The translations under genes and the position numbers were made by a program. 32,000 nt of DNA from Methanococcus maripaludis (GTDB lineage: Archaea; AGJL01; Methanococci; Methanococcales; Methanococcaceae), in the NCBI RefSeq assembly GCF_002945325.1, contig NZ_CP026606.1, forward strand, positions 1,500,001 to 1,532,000. The letters are read 5' to 3'. Of this stretch, positions 10,401 to 20,055 are shown piece by piece (positions within the stretch are counted from its first letter, which is position 1; each line of letters opens with the position of its first letter). The notes below the pieces were generated by a model. The model worked only from the letters and a program-made list of their open reading frames with translations, was not told where the DNA came from and ran no database searches.

Positions 10401-11972
10401 ACCCATCCAGCATTCTTCGTATACGCAGTCTTCAAGTTCAATTGTCAAATTTCTTTCGTTGCAGTATGCAAATTCAACGGTGTCATATCTAAATTCATCG
10501 TAGCATTCGCATTTATCATCAACTACAGCGTATACTTCGTAGCATCCTGAGTCGAAATCACAGAATTTGTTTGTTGTAAAGGTCCAATCAGGCATTGTAG
10601 CAGATGTGGATCCTAAGTATACCATATCGCTTAAATTTTTTTCATTGATGTAATTATCGTGGTCTTCAGGGACTCCACAGATACATTCTGAAACTCCGTC
10701 TCCAAGATCTTCATTTGATGGATATCCGCAGTCTGGACAGAAGTATCCTGTAACTATTCCACCACAGCTACCACATACGATTGGATCCATTTCTGCACCG
10801 CAGTTTGGACAGATATTTTCAGCTAACTCTCGAGGTTCTTCTGCATCGAGTGTTATGATTTCTCCATCGCACACATTGCATGCAGGACAGCAAGCTCCAT
10901 CACAAAGTGTGAAGTTTCCTGTTTTTACTGCATAAAAGTCAATTTTTTGTGCAGCATTGCATGGATCGTTTAATTTACCTGAAAAGGTAATTGGCCCGCA
11001 AAGTGTCATACCACATTCTGGTGAAAGTGGTGCAGGGCATTCTATTTCAAAGCATACCTCTTCCCTTATAATTTCGAGGCATCCTACGTATTCGTCTCCA
11101 ATTTGTACACCATTGTATGTACAGTCATCGGTACAGTCTGCGTAAGGTGTAGCCGTTATTACATAGACTCCTCCGCAGTATAAGTTGTTAAATAATACGT
11201 CAAAAGTGTAGTTGCAGCACATTGCACTTTCGAAGTCTTCTCTATCTACGATGTATGTCATAGTAGGCATACATTCATCTACAGGGCATCTTGGAGTACA
11301 AGTGCCTTCTCCCATATATTCTGCAGTTATTATTATGTAATCAACGCATTCGCAGGATTCATTTAAACATCCTCCGATAACCCCTCCACAGGAAAGTGAT
11401 TCTGGAAGGTCTAAGTTTACAGCAACCCCTTTATCGAAGCATACGTAAACAGGCTCTGAAGGGCAGCCTACCTGTAAATCACATGCATCATAGAGTACTG
11501 TTCTTAATACATAACAGCCATCTGGTTCACAACAGATAGGCCAATCTAAACTCCATTCAGCAGGACAATATCCTTCTAAAGTGCTATCAACACCTGCAAG
11601 GCTCCATCCTTCTCCGTTATCTGCTGCAGGATTACCGCATTCGCAGTAAAGTTCGCAGTCACAGCAGTAAGGGCTTAATTGTTTATAATATACTTTTACG
11701 TAGTCCGCACATCCCAAATCATCATTATAGCATGGTACGATTGTCCCGGTAATTGGAACTTCATCACACCACGTGGATGCGCATTCTGGTGAAGTAATAC
11801 TAACGTTAAAACATCTATCGTCAGTGCAGTTACAGTCTATAATTATGGTACCTGAACCACCGTTACATGTGCAATCACTTAAAGTGGTAGTATCAGATGC
11901 CATAACACCCCCCATATTTGAGAGAACCATAACAAGTACTAAAAATAGTGCCTGTCCTGATTTTTTATTCAC
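7482..11972 (-). CDS. Giant secreted cysteine-rich multi-Ig-like-domain protein
   Basis: 1496 aa. GTG start preceded by AGGGGTG. Signal peptide MNKKSGQALFLVLVMVLSNMGGVMA. About 110 Cys by hand count. The recurring module ending G.Y.h.A.h.D.C resembles the bacterial Ig (Big_7-like) signature dG.Y.l.a.A.D..GN. Many N-x-S/T sequons. No C-terminal TM segment. Confidence 0.85.
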   Translation of the reverse strand: MNKKSGQALFLVLVMVLSNMGGVMASDTTTLSDCTCNGGSGTIIIDCNCTDDRCFNVSITSPECASTWCDEVPITGTIVPCYNDDLGCADYVKVYYKQLSPYCCDCELYCECGNPAADNGEGWSLAGVDSTLEGYCPAEWSLDWPICCEPDGCYVLRTVLYDACDLQVGCPSEPVYVCFDKGVAVNLDLPESLSCGGVIGGCLNESCECVDYIIITAEYMGEGTCTPRCPVDECMPTMTYIVDREDFESAMCCNYTFDVLFNNLYCGGVYVITATPYADCTDDCTYNGVQIGDEYVGCLEIIREEVCFEIECPAPLSPECGMTLCGPITFSGKLNDPCNAAQKIDFYAVKTGNFTLCDGACCPACNVCDGEIITLDAEEPRELAENICPNCGAEMDPIVCGSCGGIVTGYFCPDCGYPSNEDLGDGVSECICGVPEDHDNYINEKNLSDMVYLGSTSATMPDWTFTTNKFCDFDSGCYEVYAVVDDKCECYDEFRYDTVEFAYCNERNLTIELEDCVYEECWMGNDCYRVYDIQSGTVTAFGNISVPTCWIDYPDYVDLEYDFGHMVRVDRCQWYIEWDNCWKDASCTESSITWTYEGACLKSGTWETDWCTPEDIQDEEGRYVRIRGVAEGGCGEFESEPIGTSIYNDFDIEIIDPCEGNTIYNGKVIRGFVWVDADCCGWWCWPDTDDVCLPDHVDLYWREYGSENWLPMDSAFLNWKNSEQYIDFTDYGIDPLYPNLPNFNWWDHYAYWDVTWSSCMVNCIDNGHYEIKAVVEPCENDECGDFERAEYVMDVYVDDTSGVSISKPIDGQTVCDNFWVYGTAVGAGVSNVDFYVSEDNTSWTLYKEDIDVNVEDGRWKAPLNTCCFEDGPLYLKAVVTGPCDQSESNVMVNVNNAVEIDLTCPDCCVYYVTGDKAPIRGTLTGCLVDERVESVKVYSASLGLLGEVPAEDFRYIGDGTWEWGLCFNPCILNGASTQIYAEAEYSCGNTYTTITTGYECIQYDSNLVMVDITGPGAEPKVAGTTTIEGTAECACLDYLEFEYRKICEPTGEPMGDWTNFPGVSVIYLPTTCDCEGMEWTIDLNTCTMDGLYEIRVSAYGWPCQGAIASDTDMIDVDNNFGITLITPAVNSGVKSGTIEVGGTVENCPVIDTIELWYVDEGVPGMITDEITCSDGLWSYMFDTTILEDGCYCLVAYAFDEDCNNMEATDTRAICIENGGIPVINDTNTTVDRECVKILNACYEPCNTLKVTFNDTVSINDSYDPASPLDGFDIIGGSFGTGATMAESAINDHMIIITLGSSSNIITNTTEISIKINQTAILGPHGFPIVDCSAELKGISEAAESTGSIEIENLKMFSVPGKVDTAQMVADSGITSGSFVKFTDGQWELASGFEPLEGYVYIGTCEGSMPIYTVPLTATDTPPEIQLCCGWNLVGVNTYGGSLDPVLCSDFTGGYPSITKVLEFSPSGWIKLNGGSQVIPTYAYWAYSDSECNFAGQ

Positions 11973-12498
11973 AAAAACACCCCTGTTTTCATATTAAATA
12001 TATCTAAATGACCAATATATGGAGTAACCTCTAAGCAAGTTTTGATATACTATCGAAAACTAAAAATTCCCCCGAATTTTAATATGTTTTCAAAATACTC
12101 CAATATCCATAACTGGTCACAAAATTCTAGTTAAATACTTTCGTATTTATCCCAAACAATGTTCTAAATTTTATTTCGTCTTATTATGACCTTTACGATG
12201 AAATGTTTACGGCATTTTACGCGCCCCTCTTCTTATTCCCCGAACAAAACTATGTTAAATAAACTTTTTAAACCTTTCGAAATTATAATTTTTAAAATAA
12301 AGGTCTAAAAAATGTTAATTAAAAGATTAAACTTAAAATTTAGATTTAAAGTTAAATTAAATTTATAAAAAATTATAATTTAATTATTAAATGTATAAAA
12401 ATAGATTAAACATAATATTCCCAATTATAAAGTTTATGATATATAATTAATCTTAAATAATCGGGATTTAACTGTTTTTAAGCACTTAAAATAGTTTT

Positions 12499-12547
12499 TG
12501 AAAAACAAAATTTTTTCGAAAAAACAACCTAAAAAAGAATAAAATCG
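12499..12547 (-). terminator. Cluster of oligo-T tracts (archaeal intrinsic termination signals) downstream of the radical SAM gene
   Basis: The minus strand reads ...GATTTTATTCTTTTTTAGGTTGTTTTTTCGAAAAAATTTTGTTTTTC..., 50-100 nt after the stop at 12599. T5 or longer runs are the known archaeal terminator signal. Confidence 0.35.
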
Positions 12548-12598
12548 GGTTTTTTAGAAATTTACATATTAATTAGTTATTATTAACAAAATAAATGA

Positions 12599-13714
12599 TT
12601 ATTTTTTCTTTAATTTTAAATTAGGCTTTTTTGTAACAAGCGGGATTCTTTCAACTTCTAATTTATCAGATGTTGGGTAATATTCTGATATATACGCACT
12701 GAATTTAAAATCAAAGTTATTTTCTTTCAACTGATCTATTAAATCTTCTAAAATTTCTGGATTTAATAATATCCTATCATTTAAAAGCTCAAATTCTACA
12801 TCATTTTCTTTTAATATCTCAAGTACTTCTGAAACGTTTTCGATATCTTTAAAATTAATAGTTCCTTTTAATAAAAGGCCTTCTTCCGTAATTTCTTCGT
12901 AAGGCTTTGCAACGTTTCTCGCACGATTTATAAGCCGGTTTTTCATCTGAACACTGTCTTTTAATGAAGAAGGGCAGAAATGAATTATCATATTTCCTGT
13001 AAAATTGTCAATCACATATTTTGCAGTTTCAAAACTTCCTGAAATTCTGGATGTTGTATCATCTTTTTCAGAAAATCCTCTATCAATTAAAGCTTGATAG
13101 TTGGTTTCAGAATATTCGAGTTCATTGATATTTAAGAATTTTACGCCGATTTTATCGATTTCAAGGGCTAAATCTAAAATTTCTTTTTCAAAATTTGGAA
13201 TTCCTGGAATTTCAACTCCAACATCTTTAATATATTTTTTACAGAGTTTCAATTTTTTTAAAAAGTCCAATTTATCAAAATTTTCAAAATCATTGAATAG
13301 TTTTGATGAATGAAGCCTGATTTCATCAAGGTTTGCATCTTTTAAAAGCTTTAAATTTTCTTCATTGACAAATTTTGGTGTTGTGTAAAGATGTGCATGG
13401 AAATCCTTTCCAAAGTGTTCTTTCAAAGCTTTTAAATATTCAACAGTTCTTTCAATTCTTAAAAGCGGATTTCCACCTGTTATTCCAACACCTTTACTTC
13501 CGCAAAGATATGCTTCTTCAATCGCTTCTTCAATCGAATTGATTTGTTTTTCATTTGCAAAAATTACATCCTTTTTTTTCCTTTTTTCCGAAAGCGGGCA
13601 GTAGTAACAGGATTCTTCACAGAGTCCTGTAATATATAAAACCAGCTTTTCTCCTTTTATGCAGTATTTACAGCCCAATGCCATATTTTTTTCGTTTAAA
13701 TTTGATAAATCCAT
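12599..13714 (-). CDS. Radical SAM protein, PflA-related (COG2108-like), function unknown
   Basis: 371 aa. CxxxCxxC motif CEESCYYC near the N-terminus, GGNPLL (SAM-binding GGE-like) motif and TIM-barrel-like periodicity. Confidence 0.82.
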   Translation of the reverse strand: MDLSNLNEKNMALGCKYCIKGEKLVLYITGLCEESCYYCPLSEKRKKKDVIFANEKQINSIEEAIEEAYLCGSKGVGITGGNPLLRIERTVEYLKALKEHFGKDFHAHLYTTPKFVNEENLKLLKDANLDEIRLHSSKLFNDFENFDKLDFLKKLKLCKKYIKDVGVEIPGIPNFEKEILDLALEIDKIGVKFLNINELEYSETNYQALIDRGFSEKDDTTSRISGSFETAKYVIDNFTGNMIIHFCPSSLKDSVQMKNRLINRARNVAKPYEEITEEGLLLKGTINFKDIENVSEVLEILKENDVEFELLNDRILLNPEILEDLIDQLKENNFDFKFSAYISEYYPTSDKLEVERIPLVTKKPNLKLKKK

Positions 13715-13834
13715 GAAAGCACCTTAAAAAACGGTAATTTTAATTTTGAAAATTTTAACAAAACACGAAATAATATTTTAAAAAATAGATATTAAAATTT
13801 AGTATTTATATTTATAGTTATAATTTATGTTAAT

Positions 13835-14806
13835 TTATAATTGGCTGAATTTTAATGATTTTTTGAGTACATCAACGTTTGTTTCACCGTATGACATTAA
13901 TTTTCCGGTTCTAAGATCGTTTATTGTAACAATTGCTGGAGCAAACATTCCTTTGTCAATTTTGTAGAAATCGTAGTTTGCTTCTTTGAATACATCTAAG
14001 AATGGTTTTCCGTAAGTTTCAGCGGAACAGGATGGTAGTGATTTGCATAAGTTTTCGATGTCGTCTCCTTCATCGCTTTTAACGTAGTAGAATGTTCTAC
14101 CGCCGTATAAAACCATGTCGTTTGTAGCGCCCATCATTTTCAAGTCGTCTCCGATTACTGGAGCAACTGGAGCAATACCTGCTGCAAATTTAACTTTTCT
14201 TACATCAAAGTGAAGAGCTTCTAACATTTTGTAGGTTCCGTTTTCTACAACTCTACCGCTGATTTGAACTGCTCCTACCATTGAAGCTGTTGGAGCAACG
14301 AGTAAATAAACTTTTGAAACATCTACGCCACATTTTTCAGCAACGTGGTCAGCAACGTTTTCATCTGGAAGTTGTGAAGATTCTAAACAAAGGATTGCAA
14401 CATCTGCTTCGTCTCTGTAGTCAATTTCTTCGTAGGTTGCTTTTGGCATCATTGCTAATGCTCTTGCAGGTCCTGAACCCATTGCGAAGTATTTTCCAAC
14501 ACTTACGCTCCATCCAGCTTTTTGTGAACCGAGTGTTGCGATTGCAGGGTGTGATGTTTTAATTTTTACGCATGGTAAAACGAGTTTGTTGTCAAGGGAT
14601 CCTGAAATGCTTATTCCAACGTGTGCAAGTCCACCAAGACAGATTTTTGTAAATAATTTACCTGCTTCAAAGCTTCCCATTACGTTTACACCACAGTCAA
14701 GTACTGTAGCTCCGTTTTCTAATTTAATTACTTCAATGTTTAAGTCTTCTTTTCTGCTGATCATTTCTTCAACAATTGGTAATGAAGCTAAATTTACACT
14801 AAGCAC
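13835..14806 (-). CDS. mch: Methenyltetrahydromethanopterin cyclohydrolase
   Basis: 323 aa. The N-terminus MLSVN...[14 protein letters not shown] and the overall sequence are recognisable as Mch, a core methanogenesis enzyme. Confidence 0.94.
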   Translation of the reverse strand: MLSVNLASLPIVEEMISRKEDLNIEVIKLENGATVLDCGVNVMGSFEAGKLFTKICLGGLAHVGISISGSLDNKLVLPCVKIKTSHPAIATLGSQKAGWSVSVGKYFAMGSGPARALAMMPKATYEEIDYRDEADVAILCLESSQLPDENVADHVAEKCGVDVSKVYLLVAPTASMVGAVQISGRVVENGTYKMLEALHFDVRKVKFAAGIAPVAPVIGDDLKMMGATNDMVLYGGRTFYYVKSDEGDDIENLCKSLPSCSAETYGKPFLDVFKEANYDFYKIDKGMFAPAIVTINDLRTGKLMSYGETNVDVLKKSLKFSQL

Positions 14807-14987
14807 TGTTCCACCTTTTTTATATTCTATGTTTTTTAGACATTTTTTAATTTTTATAACTTTTGATTTGATTTAAAAAAATGCCCTTAAAAAGGCCAAT
14901 TTACAAAGTTAGTGTATAAACTGGGCCGATAATAAGATATATATATTATATCGATTATTTGATTGATAGTCACAGATGAAGTAGGAG

Positions 14988-15449
14988 TTGATTTTTTTGA
15001 TTACCAAAGGAGATACAATAAAAGTAGATTACACCGGCAGATTTGAAGAAGGGGAAGTTTTCGATACTTCCGTAGAAACAGTAGCAAAAGAAGAAGGAAT
15101 TTTTGAAGAAGGAAGACCATACATGCCTTTAGAGTTTACTGTTGGCGAAGGTCAGTTAATCCAAGGCTTTGAAGAAGCAGTTTTAGGCCTTAAAATTGGA
15201 GAAGAAGTAACTGTTACAATCCCTCCAGAAAAAGGATACGGATTTAGGGATGAATCATTAATCGAAAGAGTTCCAATTGAAGCATTCGATCAAGCAGACT
15301 TTGAACCTGAAGAAGGAATGGTAATTGTTGCTGGTGAAGAACCTGCGGTAATTTTAGAAGTTACTGATGAAGATGTCGCTCTTGACTTCAACCACGAATT
15401 AGCGGGAGAAACACTACAATTTACAATAAAAATTATAGAAAAACTTTAA
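14988..15449 (+). CDS. FKBP-type peptidyl-prolyl cis-trans isomerase (short archaeal SlyD-like, with IF insert)
   Basis: [22 protein letters not shown] and [23 protein letters not shown] are classic FKBP motifs. The real start is probably the in-frame TTG at 14997, because AGGAG at 14983-14987 abuts the 14988 TTG. Confidence 0.87.
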   Translation: MIFLITKGDTIKVDYTGRFEEGEVFDTSVETVAKEEGIFEEGRPYMPLEFTVGEGQLIQGFEEAVLGLKIGEEVTVTIPPEKGYGFRDESLIERVPIEAFDQADFEPEEGMVIVAGEEPAVILEVTDEDVALDFNHELAGETLQFTIKIIEKL

Positions 15450-15517
15450 TTTTGCTATCTTAACAAAATTATGTCTTTTTTTAATATTTAGATTTTTAGA
15501 TACTTTTGGTGATTTTT

Positions 15518-16237
15518 ATGGCTAGGACTAAAAAAGCTAATGACGAAGTAGCCACAGATTCTGATTCTTTGAAGTTAAAAGTTGCAAAACAAGCGGCAAA
15601 ACTTGTAAAAGATGAAATGGTCGTGGGAATTGGCTCAGGTTCAACTGCAAATCTTTTCATTCAGGAACTTGGAAAAAGGGTTGTTGAAGAAGAATTATAT
15701 ATCTACGGGGTACCTACATCTTTTGATTCAAGAATGATGGCAAGTAATTCTGGAATTCCTTTAATTTCACTTGATCAGTGTGGGGAAATTGACATTGCAA
15801 TAGATGGTGCAGATGAAGTCTGTAAAAAGACTCTTTCACTTATAAAAGGTGGCGGTGGATGCCACACAATGGAAAAAATTGTAGATTACCATGCAAAAGA
15901 GTTCGTTGTACTGGCTGATGAAGGAAAATTAGTTGAGTCATTAGGGGACAAAACAGCGGTACCTTTAGAAGTAATTCCTTTTGCATATTCTACAGTTTTA
16001 AACAAACTTTTGGATATGAACACTGCACCTGCAATTAGGTCAGGTTCTGGAAAAATGGGTCCTGTAATTACAGACAATGGAAACATGATTATTGATGTAT
16101 TCATCAATATTGAGGATGCAGAAGAAACTGAAACCATGTTAAACAATATTCCTGGTGTTTTAGAAAATGGAATATTTAGTAAATGTGATAAAGTGCTTGT
16201 TGGAACTTCTAAAAAAGTAGAAATACTCAAAAAATAA
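15518..16237 (+). CDS. rpiA: Ribose-5-phosphate isomerase A
   Basis: GIGSGSTA, DGADEV and KGGGG motifs. I chose the ATG at 15518 (GGTGA lies 5 nt upstream) over the ORF-track TTG at 15506. Confidence 0.92.
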   Translation: MARTKKANDEVATDSDSLKLKVAKQAAKLVKDEMVVGIGSGSTANLFIQELGKRVVEEELYIYGVPTSFDSRMMASNSGIPLISLDQCGEIDIAIDGADEVCKKTLSLIKGGGGCHTMEKIVDYHAKEFVVLADEGKLVESLGDKTAVPLEVIPFAYSTVLNKLLDMNTAPAIRSGSGKMGPVITDNGNMIIDVFINIEDAEETETMLNNIPGVLENGIFSKCDKVLVGTSKKVEILKK

Positions 16238-16379
16238 CGGAATTTCTGATAAATACTTTTTTTATTTCAATTTTTGAAGTAATACCTTAATCTTTAAATA
16301 GGATATCACTAAATCATATTATGCAATAGTTGAATTTACAGTTCTTTTTTATTTAAAACACGGCCAATGAGGTGAACCC

Positions 16380-16655
16380 ATGTTTAGCGCCAAAAAATTA
16401 TCTCCAGCAGATAAACTTAAAAATATTTCATCAATGCTCGAAGAAATCGTTGAAGATACAACAGTTCCTAGAAATATTCGTGCAGCAGCAGACAATGCAA
16501 AAAACGCACTACACAATGAAGAACAGGAATTAATTGTGAGAAGTGCAACTGCAATCCAATATCTTGATGACATCAGTGAAGATCCAAATATGCCAATTCA
16601 TACGAGAACCCAAATCTGGGGAATTGTAAGTGAACTTGAGACTATTAAAAATTAA
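16380..16655 (+). CDS. UPF0147-family small protein
   Basis: 91 aa. AGGTGA lies 4 nt before the ATG. The sequence (VPRNIRAAADNAKNAL...DPNMPIHTRTQIW) matches my memory of the archaeal UPF0147 family. Confidence 0.72.
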   Translation: MFSAKKLSPADKLKNISSMLEEIVEDTTVPRNIRAAADNAKNALHNEEQELIVRSATAIQYLDDISEDPNMPIHTRTQIWGIVSELETIKN

Positions 16656-16735
16656 TTAGAAAAAATGAATTTAAATAAATTTTAAATTTAAACTTTTTTT
16701 AAAATTTTTAGAATAGAGATTTATTTTATTTTATT

Positions 16736-17278
16736 TTATTTTAAATTGTTCATAATATAATTTAACTGTGCAACTTCTTCTAAAACTTCAGTTTTTATGT
16801 ATGCTTCAGTTATATCTTTACCCAATGTAACAATTCCATGGTTTTTTAATATAATTGAGTCTTCAAGGCATTTTGAAACATTTTCTGCAAGTTCTAAACT
16901 TCCGCATGGGAAATAGTCAACGTATGCTATTTTTTTAACAACCATTTCAGCTTCAGGAGTCACTAATTTTAGTTTTTTATCAAGTGTGGAAAATGCGGTG
17001 CAGTACATCGAGTGCGTGTGGACTACAGCATTTATCAAATCTTTATTTTGGTATATTTTTAAATGCATGTTTAATTCTGAAGTAGGTTTTCCTTTTATGA
17101 TATTTCCATTTAAATCAGCAATGCAGATGTCTTCTTTTGTTAAGAATCCTAAACTTAAACCCGTTGGTGTAATATATATTAAATTTCCATCCCGAATACT
17201 TACATTTCCCCCGGAACCAACAACGTATTTTCGATCGTATAATAAGCGGCATATTTTTATAAATTCAGTTAAATCCAT
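16736..17278 (-). CDS. Class II aldolase/adducin-family protein (L-fuculose-1-phosphate aldolase-like)
   Basis: 180 aa with GGNVS, the metal-ligand motif VVHTHS, and ILKNHG. Confidence 0.8.
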   Translation of the reverse strand: MDLTEFIKICRLLYDRKYVVGSGGNVSIRDGNLIYITPTGLSLGFLTKEDICIADLNGNIIKGKPTSELNMHLKIYQNKDLINAVVHTHSMYCTAFSTLDKKLKLVTPEAEMVVKKIAYVDYFPCGSLELAENVSKCLEDSIILKNHGIVTLGKDITEAYIKTEVLEEVAQLNYIMNNLK

Positions 17279-17306
17279 AAAATCACCAAAAAAGAAAATT
17301 ATTATG

Positions 17307-19385
17307 TTATAAATTATTTAATTCAAAAGCTAAAGGAATTATTTCTTCAAGACGGGTAACTGGAATTACTTCGATTCCTTCTGGGTCGATAACGTCTTCA
17401 AAGTTAGATTGTGGAATGATTACTCTTTTAAATCCGTATTCTTTAGCAGCATTTATTTTTTCATTAACTCCACCAATTGCAAGAATTTCCCCGTTCAAAT
17501 CAAGACTTCCAGTAATACAGAAATCCTGTTTTAATGGTATATTTAGGAGTGATGAAATAATGCTTAAACATGCAGCGGCAGTTGCAGAGTCTCCATCAAT
17601 TTTCGAGTAAGATTGGCTGAACTGGATGTAGATTTCATGTTCTGCTAAATCGAGATCTTCTTTTGCAACTTCTCCTTTTGCTTTTGCAATGCTTAATGTT
17701 CCATCTGAAACAAGTTTTTTAGACAGTGCAGATGCTAAAGTGATGCTGTGTTTTGCAAGGTCTCCGCTAATGTTTAACAGGTTTGTTCGTGGATGTTTTG
17801 ATTTTACGATTTTAGTAATAATTTTTGTAACGTCTCCAAGTCCATCTGCACCTAAAACTGCAAGTCCGTGGATTACTCCTATTTTTGGTTTATCATTTGA
17901 TACGATATTTTTGTATCTTTTGAAGTTTTTCAGGTAATCGATTGCTACCTGTTTTGACATGCTGTATATTCCAGTGCTTATAATTTCATTGATGTGATCG
18001 AGTTCAATTACCCTATCGTCTTTTTCAAGAACTGGTGCTTTTGAAACAGGTTTTACTTCTTTTATAACTTCTTCACTTTTTTTAGGTTTTAATTTTCCAA
18101 CAACAGCCCTGATTTTTCGAGTATTTTTCTTTTCAGTAGGTTTAACTGCTTTCACAGTTACTTCAGGTTTTACTTCTTTTTCAGACATTTCTTCAATGCT
18201 TTCAGAAAGTTCTTTTCCTGTTGCAATATCGTTTGCCATTTTTATAATATTTGAGAGCTGTCTTAATCTTAAAGTGAGCTTATTTTTAGATCCTGATAAT
18301 AATTGTGCCATTCTGACAATTTCACAGCATGCTTCATAACTCATAGGTCTTAAATTATTATTTTCAAGCTCTTGAACGATAAACTGGAGTAATTTATCCC
18401 TATTTTCTTGATTATTGTCCATTTTATTTTTTAAAACAACTTTATAATCAATCCTGTCAAGTAGCGGTGCTCTTAAGTTGCTAGCATCGTCCATGTTTCC
18501 AGACATTATTAATGTAAGGTCGCAAGGTATCGGGTTGGTTTCAACTGAAGCACCGCTTGAATTAGGATTTCTACCGCTAATTGCAAGCTGTTTGTCCTGA
18601 AGTGCAGTTAATATATAATCCTGAACATCGACAGGCATGGTCTTAATTTCATCAACGTAAAGTATTCCCTTGTGTGCTTCGTGTATTGCACCAATAATTA
18701 CCCTTTTGTGTGGGGGCGTTCCAATTGGAGGTTTTCCACCAAGTGGACAGTGTTTAATGTCTCCAAGTAGTTTTGTAGTGTTGTAAGCGCTTGCTCTTAC
18801 AAGCGGTCTTTTTTTGCATTCGTAAAGTACTAATGGTTTTACGTCCGCAGGACTTACTGAATTTGGCATTGATGCTTTCGTAGCTCCAAATATATTCAGG
18901 AATAATATTAAAAATACCAATAATGACCCAATTACGGATATTGCTGCAATTACTGCAAATTTAGATGATGGATCAGACAATCCATTTAATATGTAGCTTA
19001 ATACAAGTGACGAGACAATGATTCCAAGTAAAAGTGTAAATATGCTTGGAGGCTGTCTCATTAATTTTGGACTTTCAATCTGGGCTGTTTCTTCTATCAT
19101 TCGCCCTTCTATTAAGTCAACTATTGGTTTTTCTGAATTTTTTATATTTGGTCTTGCAATCAAAGAGTATGGCTTAAAATCACTCGAATGTTCTAAAAGC
19201 TGACCGAAAGCTTTTACCATCATTGATTTACCAACACCTGGGTCTCCAAGTAGTAATGCATGTCTTTTATTTTTTACAGCACTCAATACTATTTTGACCG
19301 CTTCATCTTGTCCGATAACCTGATTTATTAGATTAGGGGATGGTTTTGGTAATTCGTCAGTCGTTTTAAATTGTACTGAAAACAT
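17307..19385 (-). CDS. lon: Archaeal membrane-bound ATP-dependent Lon protease (LonB)
   Basis: Walker A GDPGVGKS. Two TM helices (aa ~113-165) are inserted in the AAA+ module. Walker B ILYVDE. The C-terminal Lon protease domain carries DGDSATAA (catalytic Ser) and a downstream Lys. Confidence 0.93.
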   Translation of the reverse strand: MFSVQFKTTDELPKPSPNLINQVIGQDEAVKIVLSAVKNKRHALLLGDPGVGKSMMVKAFGQLLEHSSDFKPYSLIARPNIKNSEKPIVDLIEGRMIEETAQIESPKLMRQPPSIFTLLLGIIVSSLVLSYILNGLSDPSSKFAVIAAISVIGSLLVFLILFLNIFGATKASMPNSVSPADVKPLVLYECKKRPLVRASAYNTTKLLGDIKHCPLGGKPPIGTPPHKRVIIGAIHEAHKGILYVDEIKTMPVDVQDYILTALQDKQLAISGRNPNSSGASVETNPIPCDLTLIMSGNMDDASNLRAPLLDRIDYKVVLKNKMDNNQENRDKLLQFIVQELENNNLRPMSYEACCEIVRMAQLLSGSKNKLTLRLRQLSNIIKMANDIATGKELSESIEEMSEKEVKPEVTVKAVKPTEKKNTRKIRAVVGKLKPKKSEEVIKEVKPVSKAPVLEKDDRVIELDHINEIISTGIYSMSKQVAIDYLKNFKRYKNIVSNDKPKIGVIHGLAVLGADGLGDVTKIITKIVKSKHPRTNLLNISGDLAKHSITLASALSKKLVSDGTLSIAKAKGEVAKEDLDLAEHEIYIQFSQSYSKIDGDSATAAACLSIISSLLNIPLKQDFCITGSLDLNGEILAIGGVNEKINAAKEYGFKRVIIPQSNFEDVIDPEGIEVIPVTRLEEIIPLAFELNNL

Positions 19386-19397
19386 AATTCACCTGTT

Positions 19398-19949
19398 TTA
19401 TAATAAAAAAGAATCAATCTCTTCAATTAATATTTTTGAAAATTCATCTGCTTTTTCTTTGATTAATCCTGATAATGGTTCACCAAATTCAAGGTCTGTA
19501 GGTTCAATGCCTATAATTAATATTTCGGTATCAATATGGGCATTAATATATTTAATTATTATTGATAGCGGAAGCGAATGGGTTGAAAATCCAGTTTCGG
19601 AAATTTCATCGCTTTTTACAACCCTTAGTGTTCCAGGTTCCTGATGCATTAATGCAGCATCAACCATTATAATTTTGTCTGGATTTTCTCTTTTAATTAC
19701 ATCCGTGAAATTTTCTGGAACTACACCACAATTCATCAGTATTAATCTATTATTTACAGAATTTATTTCCTTTTCCAATGATAAATTCTCATGAGTTTTA
19801 GAATAATTTTTAACTAATGATTCGACGACATAAACGCCAAATCCGTCATCGCTTTTTAAATAGTTTCCAATACCAAGTATTGCAATTTTGTTGCTGTTAT
19901 TAATAAACGATTTAATAGTACCTTGGACACTTTCCAAAAATCTCACCAA
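19398..19949 (-). CDS. Hydrogenase maturation endopeptidase (HycI/HybD family)
   Basis: ILGIGNYLKSDDGFGVYV, then IIMVDAA and a downstream His. This is the typical [NiFe]-hydrogenase large-subunit C-terminal protease signature. Confidence 0.85.
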   Translation of the reverse strand: MVRFLESVQGTIKSFINNSNKIAILGIGNYLKSDDGFGVYVVESLVKNYSKTHENLSLEKEINSVNNRLILMNCGVVPENFTDVIKRENPDKIIMVDAALMHQEPGTLRVVKSDEISETGFSTHSLPLSIIIKYINAHIDTEILIIGIEPTDLEFGEPLSGLIKEKADEFSKILIEEIDSFLL

Positions 19950-20055
19950 GTTTTATTCGAGGGGTTTATCTCTTCTATATATACTAGATAATTGATTACA
20001 GTACTATATATAAACTGCGTTTTATTTTAAAAATAATCTGATTAAGGGTGTTTTT

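Noticed and set aside
7482-11972. Cys-rich protein, considered as a metallothionein-like or S-layer protein.
   Set aside because: At 1496 aa, with a modular Ig-like pattern and Trp/Tyr-rich cores, it does not fit a metallothionein. I also cannot show similarity to known Methanococcus S-layer proteins from the sequence alone.
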